Below, piece after piece: positions 31,012-42,300 of a stretch of 64,000 nucleotides of DNA. The first letter of the stretch is position 1; every line of letters begins with the position of its first letter. The stretch spans positions 160,001 to 224,000 of the forward strand of contig JBBQFN010000002.1 of NCBI GenBank assembly GCA_038321985.1. The letters run 5' to 3'. The notes under the pieces are model-generated. The model was not told the DNA's origin, did not search any database, and saw nothing but the letters and a program-made list of their open reading frames with translations. The position numbers and the translations under genes are program-made. The DNA comes from Cyanophyceae cyanobacterium (lineage in GTDB: Bacteria; Cyanobacteriota; Cyanobacteriia; Cyanobacteriales; Laspinemataceae).

Positions 31012-31727
31012 GGATGAAATCTATAGGTTAATATACGGGTCTAACTTGGGTTTGATGGGGTCCCGATGGCACAAATACCTTTGACCCCACTCTCGGTTCA
31101 TTTTAGATCGAGTTGGGACCGAAGGCTGTTTTGCGATCGCTTTTGCTTTCTGGTCTTGACAAATATAATTTTTTATGATATTCAGTTAGCCGATAAGAGG
31201 ACTATTTGGGATAAAAGGAAGGGGTTTAAACCGGGGGATTTGGGGGAAAAAGAGAGTTAACCGAAATTAATTAATCCCTTTGGTCCATCACCATTAAAAA
31301 AAAATCCGCCGATTTTGGATGGTTTATTGAGATATTTTTGTTAAAAAACTTAGCCCAATTCAGAAGATAATACGAGTCTGATTTTTAAGGGGAGGCAGGA
31401 TAGAGTTGTGCTTGATTGTGGTAACTTTAAGCCCTAATCCCGGTGCAGGAAGAAAGTCGAAGGAGAATCTACCGGGCCTAGGATCCAGCGGTAGCAAGGG
31501 AGGAAAGCGAAAATTCTAGTCCCTGAAACCTTAAAAATTTTAACTCATTGAGCTATAGCAGACCCTTTCCAGTTAAAATGACCTACTGCAACAAGTCTGC
31601 CCGGTAGACCGATAGAGCAAGATTGCACTGCGATCGCCTTTCCATCGGACCGTAAGCGACCCGTTGCCTCCGGAAACTCCCCGGTAAGAGGAGACTGCTG
31701 TATTTTGTTGCCACCCAAAAGCTGACC

Positions 31728-33311
31728 ATGCCCAAGGTTCTTGTCTCCGATCCCATAGACCAAGCTGGACTGGATATCCTCTCTCAAGTTGCCCAAGTTG
31801 ACGTAAAAACAGGGCTCTCCAACGAAGAATTAGTTCAAATTATCCCCGAATATGATGCCCTGATGATCCGTTCGGGGACCCGCGTCACTCCAGAAATCAT
31901 AGAAGCCGGTAACCAACTTAAAATTATTGGTCGTGCCGGAGTCGGTGTAGATAACGTAGATGTTCCCTCTGCCACCCGTAAAGGTATTGTGGTAGTGAAT
32001 TCTCCCGAAGGGAATACCATTGCTGCTGCCGAACACGCTTTAGCGATGATGCTCTCCCTTTCGCGCTACATTCCGGATGCCAACCAGTCGGTTAAAAATG
32101 GCAAGTGGGACCGTAAAAGCTACGTGGGCGCTGAGGTTTACAAAAAGACCCTCGGCATTGTCGGATTAGGCAAAATTGGCTCCCATGTTGCTGCGGCTGC
32201 GAAGGCAATGGGAATGAAGTTGCTTGCCTTTGACCCTTTTATTTCCATCGAACGCGCCGATCATCTCGGATGCCGGTTAGTTGATATGGACTTGCTGTTC
32301 CGGGAATCGGACTACATCACTCTGCACATTCCCAAAACTCCAGAAACTGCCAATCTCATCGATGCGGCTGCTATTGCTAAAATGAAACCGACGGTGCGGA
32401 TTATCAACTGCGCTAGAGGTGGCATTATTGATGAAGCGGCTTTAGCCCAGGCATTGAGCGAGGGACGAATTGGGGGCGCAGCGATTGATGTTTACGAGAA
32501 TGAACCCCTAGAAGCAGATTCTCCGTTGCGAAGTCTGGGAAAAGAAGCCATCCTCACCCCCCATTTAGGTGCTTCTACGGCGGAAGCACAAATTAATGTG
32601 GCGATCGATGTTGCCGAACAAATTAGAGATGTCCTCCTGGGATTACCCGCGCGATCGGCGGTGAATATCCCCGGTTTGTACCCCGATGCGTTAGAAAAGC
32701 TGCGACCCTACTTGCAACTGGCAGAAAACCTAGGCAATTTGGTCGGTCAGTTAGCTGGGGGTCGGGTAGAATCCCTAAATGTGCGACTACAAGGGGAGTT
32801 GGCTGATAATAATAGCCAGCCGATTGTAGTGGCAGCACTCAAAGGTTTACTCTCCCAAGCCTTGCGTGAACGGGTTAATTATGTGAATGCCAGCATTGAA
32901 GCGAAAGAACGAGGCATTCGCATCATTGAAACTCGGGATGCTTCTATTCGCGACTATATGGGTTCCTTGCACTTGGAGGCAAAAGGCTCTCTGGGGGATC
33001 ACTCCGTGACGGGTGCGCTGTTAGGGGATGGCGAAATTCGGATTACTGATGTTGATGAGTTCCCGATTAATGTCCCCCCGACTCACCATATGTTATTTAC
33101 TCGCCACCGGGATATGCCGGGAATTATTGGCAAAATTGGCTCTCTGTTGGGGAGTTTTAATGTCAATATTGCCAGTATGCAGGTGGGCCGCAAAATCGTG
33201 CGCGGGGATGCGGTGATGGTATTGAGCCTGGATGACCCCCTTCCGGAAGGGATTTTAGCGGAAATTATGAAGGTTCCAGGTATTCGAGACGCCTATACGG
33301 TAATGTTATAG
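31728..33311 (+). CDS. serA: D-3-phosphoglycerate dehydrogenase
   Basis: GRAGVGVDN, GLGKIG, NCARGG, TPHLGAST, C-terminal ACT domain. Confidence 0.98.
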   Translation: MPKVLVSDPIDQAGLDILSQVAQVDVKTGLSNEELVQIIPEYDALMIRSGTRVTPEIIEAGNQLKIIGRAGVGVDNVDVPSATRKGIVVVNSPEGNTIAAAEHALAMMLSLSRYIPDANQSVKNGKWDRKSYVGAEVYKKTLGIVGLGKIGSHVAAAAKAMGMKLLAFDPFISIERADHLGCRLVDMDLLFRESDYITLHIPKTPETANLIDAAAIAKMKPTVRIINCARGGIIDEAALAQALSEGRIGGAAIDVYENEPLEADSPLRSLGKEAILTPHLGASTAEAQINVAIDVAEQIRDVLLGLPARSAVNIPGLYPDALEKLRPYLQLAENLGNLVGQLAGGRVESLNVRLQGELADNNSQPIVVAALKGLLSQALRERVNYVNASIEAKERGIRIIETRDASIRDYMGSLHLEAKGSLGDHSVTGALLGDGEIRITDVDEFPINVPPTHHMLFTRHRDMPGIIGKIGSLLGSFNVNIASMQVGRKIVRGDAVMVLSLDDPLPEGILAEIMKVPGIRDAYTVML

Positions 33312-33563
33312 GAGTAAAAGTTTCAGGAAGATAGAGGACGGGTTTTACGTCCCTGGTGTCAGGGTTGACTTGATTGCAGACAGTATTAAAGGTTTCCTGG
33401 GAATCCCAACGGGCAAAGTAGGTGGGTGATTCTATCGGGGATCAAAACCTGGAATGGTTGATGTCTGAAAGCGTTTGACCCTGACACTGTGCGATCGCCC
33501 CCCATTCTGTTCTCCCAAAACGACAGCAATCAACCGCAAATCAGGACTCGGAACTCACGGGCT

Positions 33564-34451
33564 ATGGCAAACAACTGGTGGGAAATACAAGTGCTCTGCG
33601 ATCCCGCGTTGGAAGATTTAATCTTCTTAAGGGTGGAAACTTTTGGGTGTCGCGGAACTGCCAGTGAGATGAAAGGCCATTCCTGTTTGATTTCGGCCTA
33701 CTTACCTCAGGAACAGGCGCATTTATTGGATTTAGCGGCCCTCTCTTTACTCTTTCGTCAAGATGCCCTCTGTGTAAATCTGCCGGTTCCAGCAGTCCAG
33801 TGGAATCTGATTGAGGAGGAGGATTGGTCTAGTAGTTGGAAGCAACATTGGCATCCAGAAGAAATCGGCGATCGCTTTGTAGTTAATCCAGCATGGCTCC
33901 CCATTCCTGAGACCGATCGCCTGGTCTTGCAATTGGATCCCGGGGTTGCCTTCGGGACGGGCGCTCATCCGACCACTCAGCTCTGTTTAGAGGCCCTGGA
34001 AATGCGCCTCGGATATGAAGAAACTCACGCCACGATCGCTGATATTGGCTGTGGTTCCGGTATTTTATCCATCGGTGCAATCTTATTAGGAGCCAAACAG
34101 GTTTATGCGGTAGATACTGACCCCCTGGCGGTGAAATCGACTCATCGCAATCGCGAGTTAAATCGGATTGATGAATCAATTTTGCAAGCCGCTTTAGGTA
34201 GCATTGAGATGGTTGCACAACTCAGTTCAGAACCCGTTGATGGCATTGTTTGCAATATCCTGGCTGAAGTGATTATTGATTTAATTCCCCAGATGGATGC
34301 GATTTCTAAACCGAGCACTTGGGGGATTATTAGCGGGGTTTTATTAGAACAAGCAAAACCTGTGGCTGACACCCTAGAACAATATGGTTGGGTCGTTGCC
34401 ACACTCTGGCGGCGCAAAGATTGGTGCTGTTTTACAATCCGCCGAAATTAA
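33564..34451 (+). CDS. prmA: Ribosomal protein L11 methyltransferase
   Basis: EDW...[34 protein letters not shown] at 33564. Confidence 0.95.
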   Translation: MANNWWEIQVLCDPALEDLIFLRVETFGCRGTASEMKGHSCLISAYLPQEQAHLLDLAALSLLFRQDALCVNLPVPAVQWNLIEEEDWSSSWKQHWHPEEIGDRFVVNPAWLPIPETDRLVLQLDPGVAFGTGAHPTTQLCLEALEMRLGYEETHATIADIGCGSGILSIGAILLGAKQVYAVDTDPLAVKSTHRNRELNRIDESILQAALGSIEMVAQLSSEPVDGIVCNILAEVIIDLIPQMDAISKPSTWGIISGVLLEQAKPVADTLEQYGWVVATLWRRKDWCCFTIRRN

Positions 34452-34500
34452 CTCTTTCCTTTCTCTGGAAAGCTGCGCTTAGAGTATGCTTTGGGGATGT

Positions 34501-35091
34501 TTAAGGGGAGGTTTTAAACAACCGAGGACGCGCGTAAGTATAGAAATAGGCGATCGCAGATAACCCGGCGATCGCCACCATGACTCCTCTACCGATTCCA
34601 GAAGATACCCCCGGAAAACTCACCGCTGTTGCCACCCATACCCCTAAAACTTCCACCAGGGCGACGATTCCCCCATAATGCTGGGGATCCCAGTAAGAAA
34701 TCGGACTGATTAGGCGATAATCGCTCAAAGGGAAAAAGTGCCGGTGCGCATCATCGTGATGAACGGGCAAGTCTCCTAGGGAATGTAGCACCATACTCAT
34801 TAATATTATTTGTCCCGTTTCCCACCCGCAATAATGGGCCACAATTGCGGCTAAAACGGCGATAGGAATTGAATGAAATAAAGCCACCCAATTCTGAACC
34901 CCGGGTTGCCAATAACTCTGTGTCCAAATTTGACGTTCAGGCAGTTTTTGAATGAATTTCGCCCAAAAATAGAGCAGAAATATAGGCAGATCGGGAAGAA
35001 TGGCACCCACAACGATCGCCAAATTCGCGTGCGGAAAGGGAAGCGAGGTAAATATAGCGAGATTGATGATCGCGTGGCTGGGTGTATTCAT
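34501..35091 (-). CDS. Membrane-bound metal-dependent hydrolase-like protein
   Basis: TPSH, GAILPD, FHS, H...D..VHHDDAHRHF.P, SYWDP. Confidence 0.75.
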   Translation of the reverse strand: MNTPSHAIINLAIFTSLPFPHANLAIVVGAILPDLPIFLLYFWAKFIQKLPERQIWTQSYWQPGVQNWVALFHSIPIAVLAAIVAHYCGWETGQIILMSMVLHSLGDLPVHHDDAHRHFFPLSDYRLISPISYWDPQHYGGIVALVEVLGVWVATAVSFPGVSSGIGRGVMVAIAGLSAIAYFYTYARPRLFKTSP

Positions 35092-35233
35092 CCGGGATTT
35101 CTTCGGTATATCAGTTCTCCCCCTTAGGATATCCGACTGGCTGCAACCATTTCCTACCGCGTCCCTACATCAAGATGACAAACCTCCTGGGGAATGCTAC
35201 GGATTCGCCCCAAATTAGCCTCCTCCGGTTTCC

Positions 35234-35551
35234 TTACAGCAGGGATTCGAGTTGGGGAATCAGGGTTTCAGCGCTGACAAATCCCTCAAATCGCTGGACA
35301 GGTTTTCCCTTTTTAAATAAAACTAAGGTAGGCAAAGCATAGATGCGATGGTCTGTTGCCAGTTGCTGATATTTTTCCGTATCAATTTTAACGACCTGAA
35401 GCCGATTTTTCAGGCGATCGTTCACTTCCTCCAGTACGGGACCCATCATTTGACAGGGACCGCACCAAGCAGCGTAGAAATCCACGAGAACAGGGGTTTC
35501 TGACTCCGTGAGCATTTCTTCAAAACTGGCAAACTGTTTTTTAACGGTCAT
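35234..35551 (-). CDS. Thioredoxin (probably y-type)
   Basis: VLVDFYAAWCGPC active site; ALPT. Confidence 0.93.
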   Translation of the reverse strand: MTVKKQFASFEEMLTESETPVLVDFYAAWCGPCQMMGPVLEEVNDRLKNRLQVVKIDTEKYQQLATDHRIYALPTLVLFKKGKPVQRFEGFVSAETLIPQLESLL

Positions 35552-35831
35552 ACACTTAAACGGCTCTTTTGAACCGAGGATTACAATATCTCTATGATAG
35601 CTAGAGCGTTGATATCCGGTGGGAGGGGATAAATTTTAGGGTGTGCACCCTGGGTTAGAGGTTCCCTACCTCCTGGGGCTAATCTCCCAGTTTCGGCCCT
35701 GATGTATTGCCCCCTCCTAGAAACCTGAGCAGGGTATTTATACAGGGTGAATTTTTTAAAGGGTTGATTTATGCTGGTTATAGGATAGCAAAATTAGGGA
35801 CAATATGGAGGCAAAATAACGATTGGTAACA

Positions 35832-36659
35832 ATGGGATTAAATATTGGAATTATTGGCTGTGGTTATGTGGGTATGGCGTTAGCTCGTCGATGGCGGGAA
35901 TTCGGACATAGTATAACGGCGACAACGACTCGGGGCGATCGCATCCCGGAACTGGAACGGGTGGCGCAACGAGTGGTAGTGCTCAAAGGAAATGAACCGG
36001 AGGCACTGGCATCGATGGTGGAAAACCAAGAAGTCATTCTGCTAAGTGTGGGTGCAAGCCAGGGGACAGTGTATCAAGAAGCCTATTTAGACACGGCTAC
36101 TACCCTGGTGCCGGTGTTAAAGCAAGCCCCCAGAGTCCAACAGCTTATTTATACCAGTAGCTATTCCGTGTATGGGGACCAACAGGGAGCATGGGTGGAG
36201 GAAACCTCCCCAGTCACTCCGGCAAATGACAATGGGCGCATTCTTGAACGCACTGAACAAGTCTTGTTAGACGCACAGAGCGATCGCCTGAAGGTCTGTA
36301 TTCTGCGTTTAGGGGGAATTTACGGACCTGATCGAGAACTGGTAAAAATTTTTAGTCGGATTGCGGGGACAACTCGTCCCGGCAGTGGGGAAGACTGGAG
36401 CAATTGGATTCATTTAGAGGACATTGTAGCGGCGATCGCCTTTGTCTGTCGCCACCGTTGCCAGGGGATTTACAATCTGGTCAATGATGTCCCCTTGCCC
36501 ATGCGAGAACTGCTTGATCGCTTGTGCGATCGCCACGGTCTCGCTCCTATTTCCTGGGATCCATCCGTTGCTTCCGTGCGTCCGTATAATGCGCGGGTAT
36601 CGAATGGGAAACTCAAACGCGCGGGCTTTCAATTGCGGTATCCAGAAACCAATATCTAA
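35832..36659 (+). CDS. Atypical SDR / NAD-dependent epimerase
   Basis: IIGCGYVG, YTSSYSVYG, LRLGGIYGP, NWIH.ED. Confidence 0.9.
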   Translation: MGLNIGIIGCGYVGMALARRWREFGHSITATTTRGDRIPELERVAQRVVVLKGNEPEALASMVENQEVILLSVGASQGTVYQEAYLDTATTLVPVLKQAPRVQQLIYTSSYSVYGDQQGAWVEETSPVTPANDNGRILERTEQVLLDAQSDRLKVCILRLGGIYGPDRELVKIFSRIAGTTRPGSGEDWSNWIHLEDIVAAIAFVCRHRCQGIYNLVNDVPLPMRELLDRLCDRHGLAPISWDPSVASVRPYNARVSNGKLKRAGFQLRYPETNI

Positions 36660-36806
36660 CACCCAGGCTATTCCCTAGGCGATCGCCTCACGGCAAGAAG
36701 TTATACAGAATGCCGGAGACACGCTCGCAATATCTGAAACGGCGTGTCTCCCTATAGAGATAAATTTTTTCTAACCCAGGTAAATCATTATAGACTATGG
36801 CCCGCC

Positions 36807-37019
36807 TTACGCAATGCTGCGACTTTCCCGTTGAGGTTGGCGAGAAGACACGCTGGAAAGATCGATTAAGCGTTCTAGCTGCTGTACACGCTGACGCGGT
36901 TTGACGACCATGGCAGCCAAGTCGGGCATCTCTTGCCAGCAATGGGGGCAGAACCAATAAACACCACTATTACGAGCATGGCGGAGTAAGGAACTTGAGC
37001 AGCAAGGGCAATTGTTCAT
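36807..37019 (-). CDS. Small zinc-ribbon protein
   Basis: CPCC...LLRH...YWFCPHCWQEMP. Confidence 0.8.
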   Translation of the reverse strand: MNNCPCCSSSLLRHARNSGVYWFCPHCWQEMPDLAAMVVKPRQRVQQLERLIDLSSVSSRQPQRESRSIA

Positions 37020-37135
37020 GATTTTTTTAAACCTGTTTCAGAATAATAAATGAGTAAGTCGAACCTTGAAAAGAGAAATTTGCAGTTCGGGCACAAGAGG
37101 TGATCGCATCCAGGGCGATCGGTCTGCGAGTCCGG

Positions 37136-37363
37136 TTAATTTCCACCTAAACGCCGTGCTTTGGAGAAATAAAGTTTGTCCATACCGAGGACAAGTCCAA
37201 CAATTAATAACTGCACGAACCAAGGTGCTAAGGCAAAGCCCCAGATAAAGCAAACCACCGCTGTTAAAGCTGCCAGTACAAAAGGAACGTCAGAAGAAGA
37301 TCGTAAATAAACCCAGACAGATCCAAAAGAAATGGTTAATAGCGTTAGATAGGCGGCGGGCAT
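37136..37363 (-). CDS. Small hydrophobic membrane protein
   Basis: ATG at 37363 with RBS aggag; 2-3 TMs, ...CFIWGFALAPW.VQL. Confidence 0.7.
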   Translation of the reverse strand: MPAAYLTLLTISFGSVWVYLRSSSDVPFVLAALTAVVCFIWGFALAPWFVQLLIVGLVLGMDKLYFSKARRLGGN

Positions 37364-38257
37364 GGTTAGGGACTCCTGGCACTTCAATCGTTCGTCAGTC
37401 CGAGCTGAATTCAGCTCATATGATTGAAGTTAAAGCAAGAATGTGAAGATAGCGTGAAGAGTAAGGGAAAAATCGAATTTTTTTTTATTTTTTTTTGAGC
37501 CGTCTTTTGGGAGGCCGATTCCTAGTCTGTTTTTATTTTTTTGGGGGGTCATATTCCAGGAGCAACCGGGAGAGATCTAGGAGGGATCGCGGTATATTCA
37601 CTTAAAATCAAGGAGAAACCTTTTGAGGATCAATCCCACCCGCCTAATTTTTACTGTTTTACAGTCTGTTGGGTAATGCAGGGTAATATCTATAAATAAC
37701 CCGGTAACTTCATCTACCTAAAGGAAGATCTAATCCCCTAAAATGGAGGTGTAAAAACCCAGCCATTTTAAGTGTACGGAACGGGGAGCGTCCCGGATCA
37801 AGGGTTTCTTCACGGGGATAAGAAGGAGTTTATTTACCTAGGTCATTGGGAGAGTTAAGGGGGTGGTTTGGAGTATTACCCTAGAAAGCTAAAGCGGGGC
37901 ATTGGGATGATGATCAAAGACGGAAATAGGCTGGAAAAAGGCAACTGCGCGACCCCTGGATTGATGATTGAAATCCAGATTTTCTCTTTTAGGTGTCCTG
38001 ACAACTGCGACCCTACTCCCGGCGCGGCCAAGCCTTTTCGGGATCCCGAAGCGGCAGGTTCAAAGATGATTTTCTGGCTTTAAACCGGCGATCGCGAAAT
38101 TAAAAAGCATCGGCGGTATTCCCGATATAAACGAGCAAAGCTCAGGAAGCATCCCTGGACGGGTTGCATCCCAAGTGGGGAGAATCAAACCACAAAAAAT
38201 ACCCCCTTCCCTTACCCTTCGAGTTAGGCCGGGGGTAAAATAGGCAGGTCAAACTAC

Positions 38258-38509
38258 TCACAGGTCGTTTGCGATCGTGAGTTCAGTCGGTTGACAGCGG
38301 TGAATGTAAACAGCAAACCCTTGAGCACCTTCACTTTCGAGATCTTCCAGGTAGCCGGCTTTATAGCCCTCGGCTTCTTTGGCACTCATAAAGGGGCCAA
38401 AGTAGTAGGTACAAGTCGGTTCGGCAGTAACAATTTCAATCCACCAAGCAATCCCCAGCTTTTCCAAATAAGAAGTAAAAGTTTCTTCAATCGTTTGTGC
38501 TATTTTCAT
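38258..38509 (-). CDS. DUF1816 family protein
   Basis: WWIEI.T..P.CTYYFGPF....EA......GY.EDL..EGA...CQP. Confidence 0.9.
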   Translation of the reverse strand: MKIAQTIEETFTSYLEKLGIAWWIEIVTAEPTCTYYFGPFMSAKEAEGYKAGYLEDLESEGAQGFAVYIHRCQPTELTIANDL

Positions 38510-38655
38510 CAAGACGCTCCGCGATATGGGGGACTATAGTTACTTACGAGCTTATGAGGGTGATTGTACGCAAAAAAGAGCCGGCGAACCGCTAATGGGG
38601 ACACATTTTAAAAAATAATCATAAAAAACTGGGGAATGTCGGGGGATACTGGAGA

Positions 38656-39036
38656 CTAAGACTCCCAGCCTAGAGCCGATGCCACCTGAGCGGCTAGATT
38701 CATCGGTTCAAAAGGCTTTGCAATCACTGAGTTTACTCCGAGTTCTGAAAAGCGGCGCTGATCGGCATAAAGAACTTTTGCCGTGAGCAAAATTACTGGA
38801 ATTTTTTGGGTTGAAGGATTAGCCTGGAGCTTTTTAAACGTAGCAGGACCATCCATATCAGGCATCATCACATCCAATAGAATTGCATCCGGTTGTTTGG
38901 CTTCAGCTACCTGGAGTCCTTCATTTCCCGAACTAGCGGTTAATACTTCCCAACCTCCAACCATTTCTAGGCTGAGTTGAGCAACTTCTCGGATATCATC
39001 TTCATCATCAATGACCAAAATTCGTTTAAAATTCAC
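38656..39036 (-). CDS. Single-domain CheY-like response regulator
   Basis: ILVIDDE, LLDVMMPDMDG, LLTAK, KPF; GTG at 39036 with aggagg RBS. Confidence 0.93.
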   Translation of the reverse strand: MNFKRILVIDDEDDIREVAQLSLEMVGGWEVLTASSGNEGLQVAEAKQPDAILLDVMMPDMDGPATFKKLQANPSTQKIPVILLTAKVLYADQRRFSELGVNSVIAKPFEPMNLAAQVASALGWES

Positions 39037-39381
39037 GCAGACCTCCTGAAACAAGTAGCAGCCCTGACTCTGATGAGCAGGGACGAACAACGAAACAGAG
39101 CAGGGTCATCCCCCACCCTCGGGATCTCAGTTTTTAGTGAGAACTAAGAGTCTGAGACAAGGACACGATTTATCGATCGCCAGACGATTTAGGAGAAAAG
39201 ATAGGAGCTTAGAGAAGCAGGAGAGCAGAACCGAAGTCTCGCCTCGGTAACGGCTGCTCGATTTTTCTATTTTAACGGCTAGAGGACCCAACGGGAAAAT
39301 TTCCTTTAGGGGGAGTGGGGCTTACCCCCAAAGAAGAGCAGCCCCAAATAAAAGTGAGGGAGTTAGGGGATTGGGGATTGG

Positions 39382-42300
39382 TCACGATCGCCGTTGAAAT
39401 GGAGCGATCGCCTCAACAATTGGCGAGGCGATCGCAGGGTTGCTGCTGGGACCTTTCTGGGCGGGTCCTGGATGCTCTGGAGTCAAGGGTTCTCCTAGGC
39501 GATCGCCCGCTTCCTTCCCCTCTGCTTCCTCCAAATTTCCAGACTCGGTAGAATCTGTGTTTCGGTCCCAGGGGTCAGGCGAGTGGGTTTCCACCGGCAG
39601 GGTGAAATAGAAGGAACTGCCCTCTCCAACAACACTTTCCACCCAAATTTGACCGCCGTGATGTTCCACAATACTGCGACAAATGGCTAAACCTAAGCCG
39701 GTACCCCCCTTCTTGCGAGAGTCAGAGGCATCGACCTGTTGGAAGCGTTCAAAAATCGACTCCAGTTTATCCAAAGGAATCCCTCTTCCTTGATCTTTGA
39801 TGTGAAAGAGCACTTCCGGATGAGCAGAGTTGGGGAACCCCTCAGACCCTCCGGAAGTGAGAGATGCAGATAACCACACCGTCCCCCCTTCCGGGGAGAA
39901 TTTCATCGCATTACTCAGTAAATTGGTCAGGACCTGAAAAATGCGGTCGGGGTCCGCCCACAATTGAACGGGAGTCGGGTTAACGGTAATCGTCACCCCC
40001 GCCTTATCTGCCATGGTCCGCATTGCATCCGCTGCCTGAATCGTTAAATCAGCGGCATTACAAAACTGAGCGCTCATCGTCACTTTACCCGACTGAATGC
40101 GCTCTAAATCCAGAATGTCATTAATTAAACGGACCAGCCGGTCCGTATTGGACACGGCGATCTGTAACATCCGTCCCGCCTTTTCGGGATGAGACTCTAG
40201 CAGTCCATTCGCCAGCAGACTCAAGGATCCGCGAATGGAAGTTAAGGGGGTTCGCAGTTCATGACTCACCACCGAAATAAATTCATCCTTCATCCGTTCC
40301 ACCCCTTGGCGTTCAGTAATATCCTTAAACGTGAGGACCGCCCCTTTGATTTCATTTTGTTCTTGAATAGGGGTACTGATGTATTCCACAGGAAAACTCG
40401 ACCCATCGTGACGCCAAAACACCCCAGTGCCGTGATGAACCGAACCATCGGCGATCGCCGCGTAAAGCGGGGCGCACCCATTATCCACGCCCCCTGCGCC
40501 GCCATCGTTAGGGTCGCCCCCCTGGGGTGTCACAAAACTCGGTCCTAAAATCATCCTCAACGGTGCGCCTAACAATTCCCCCATTGAATATCCCAACATT
40601 TTCGTCGCTGCGGGATTGACAAACGTAGTATTTCCTCCGCAATCCATCCCACAGATTCCTTCACCTGCGGAATTCAAAATTAACTCATTTTGATGACGCA
40701 GCCGTTCCAGGGAATCTTCAACCCGTTTAAGGTCCGTTACATCTCGGGCGATCGTTGAAACTCCAGTAATGCGCCCTGCGGCATCCTTAATTGGAGAAAT
40801 TGTTAACGAAACATAGATAGGTGAACCATCTTTTTTCAGATGCACCGTTTCATAATGATCAATGCTAGCCCCTTGGCGAATCCCTTCGAGGAGGCGTAAC
40901 TCACTTTCTTGACGGTCCGGCAATACCAAAATCGAAATCGATCGCTCCTTCACTTCCTCGGGGGTATAGCCATAAATTCTCTGAGCCCCGGTATTCCAGC
41001 TTAAAATAGTTCCCTCTAAGGTCTTGCCAATGATCGCATCATCGGAAGACTCGACAATCGAAGCTAGACGCAGACGTTCCTCCTCTACCTGCTTGCGTTC
41101 GGTGACATCGCGCCCAATCACCACCAACCCTTTGCGGCTACCATCTCCATGAAAGAGTGGCACTTTCAGGGTATCTAAAATAAGTTCTCTGCCATCGGAA
41201 CGGGGGATCACTTCTTCTTGATGGGAGAGAATCCCATATTGCCATGCCTCTTCATCCGTTTGTTCACATTGCACAAAAGCCTCGCGATAAAACGGGACTG
41301 ATTCACCAATCTCAGAATCTTTTTTCCCCAGGTAATCCACCCCTTCCAGGTCAAAGACTTTTAGCATGGCTTGGTTAGCTTCTAACCAAGCCCCGCGTCC
41401 GTCTTTAAAGCAGATGGCATCGGGCATGGCATTAATTAAGGTTCGTAATTGTTCTTCGCTTTCTCGCAACGCCGCCTCAGCCTGTTTGCGATCGGTAATA
41501 TCGGTTAATACACAGATTGACCCGACTCGTTTATTGTTTTCGTCCGTCACCGCATCCGCACGCAGCCAAATGGAGATCGTATTGACTGGGCTGTTGAATT
41601 CCAAGCCTAGGGGTGAGACAAAGCAACGGGGAGTCCGTCCATGCATGAGCACTTCCGAACTCCAGCTATTCCCCTGACGGATTAAATTAAAAACTTCTTC
41701 CCCAAAGCTGGAGTCGGCAAATAGAGAAGGTAATCCACCTGCCTGGTTGAGTTCCTCAATGGTGCATTCAAATAAATCTAGGAAGGCGCGGTTGTGATAG
41801 ATAGCCTGACCCGTGATATCGATGGTTAGGACCGCATCACTGGTACTTTCCACCGCTTGGGTAACGCGGATCAAGGCTTCTTGAGCTTGTTCGCGCCGGG
41901 AGATTTCCGTCCGTAACCGTTCATTGGTCCGCTGGAGTTCGGCTGTGCGTTCTGCCACCAGTTCTTCGAGGTGATTGCGGTAGAGTCGCAGTTCTTCTTC
42001 CGCGAGTTTACGCTCGGTGATATCCTCGACTAAGCCGATCGCAAATTGCAAAGAGCCTTGGGTATCTCGAATTGAAGATACACTCAGCCGTACCCAGACC
42101 CAGTTACCTCGGGCGTGGATGTAGCGTTTTTCTAATTGGTAGCGATCGAGCTGACCCGCGAGGAGTTCCTGAAACAGTTGTCGGGTGATGGGCCGGTCCT
42201 GGGGATGAGTGATCCCTTCAAAAGTGAAGTCGCGCAACTGAGCATCGCTATAACCCAGCATGGCTTGAAGTGCGGGATTTGTTTTCAAAAATCGCCCCTC

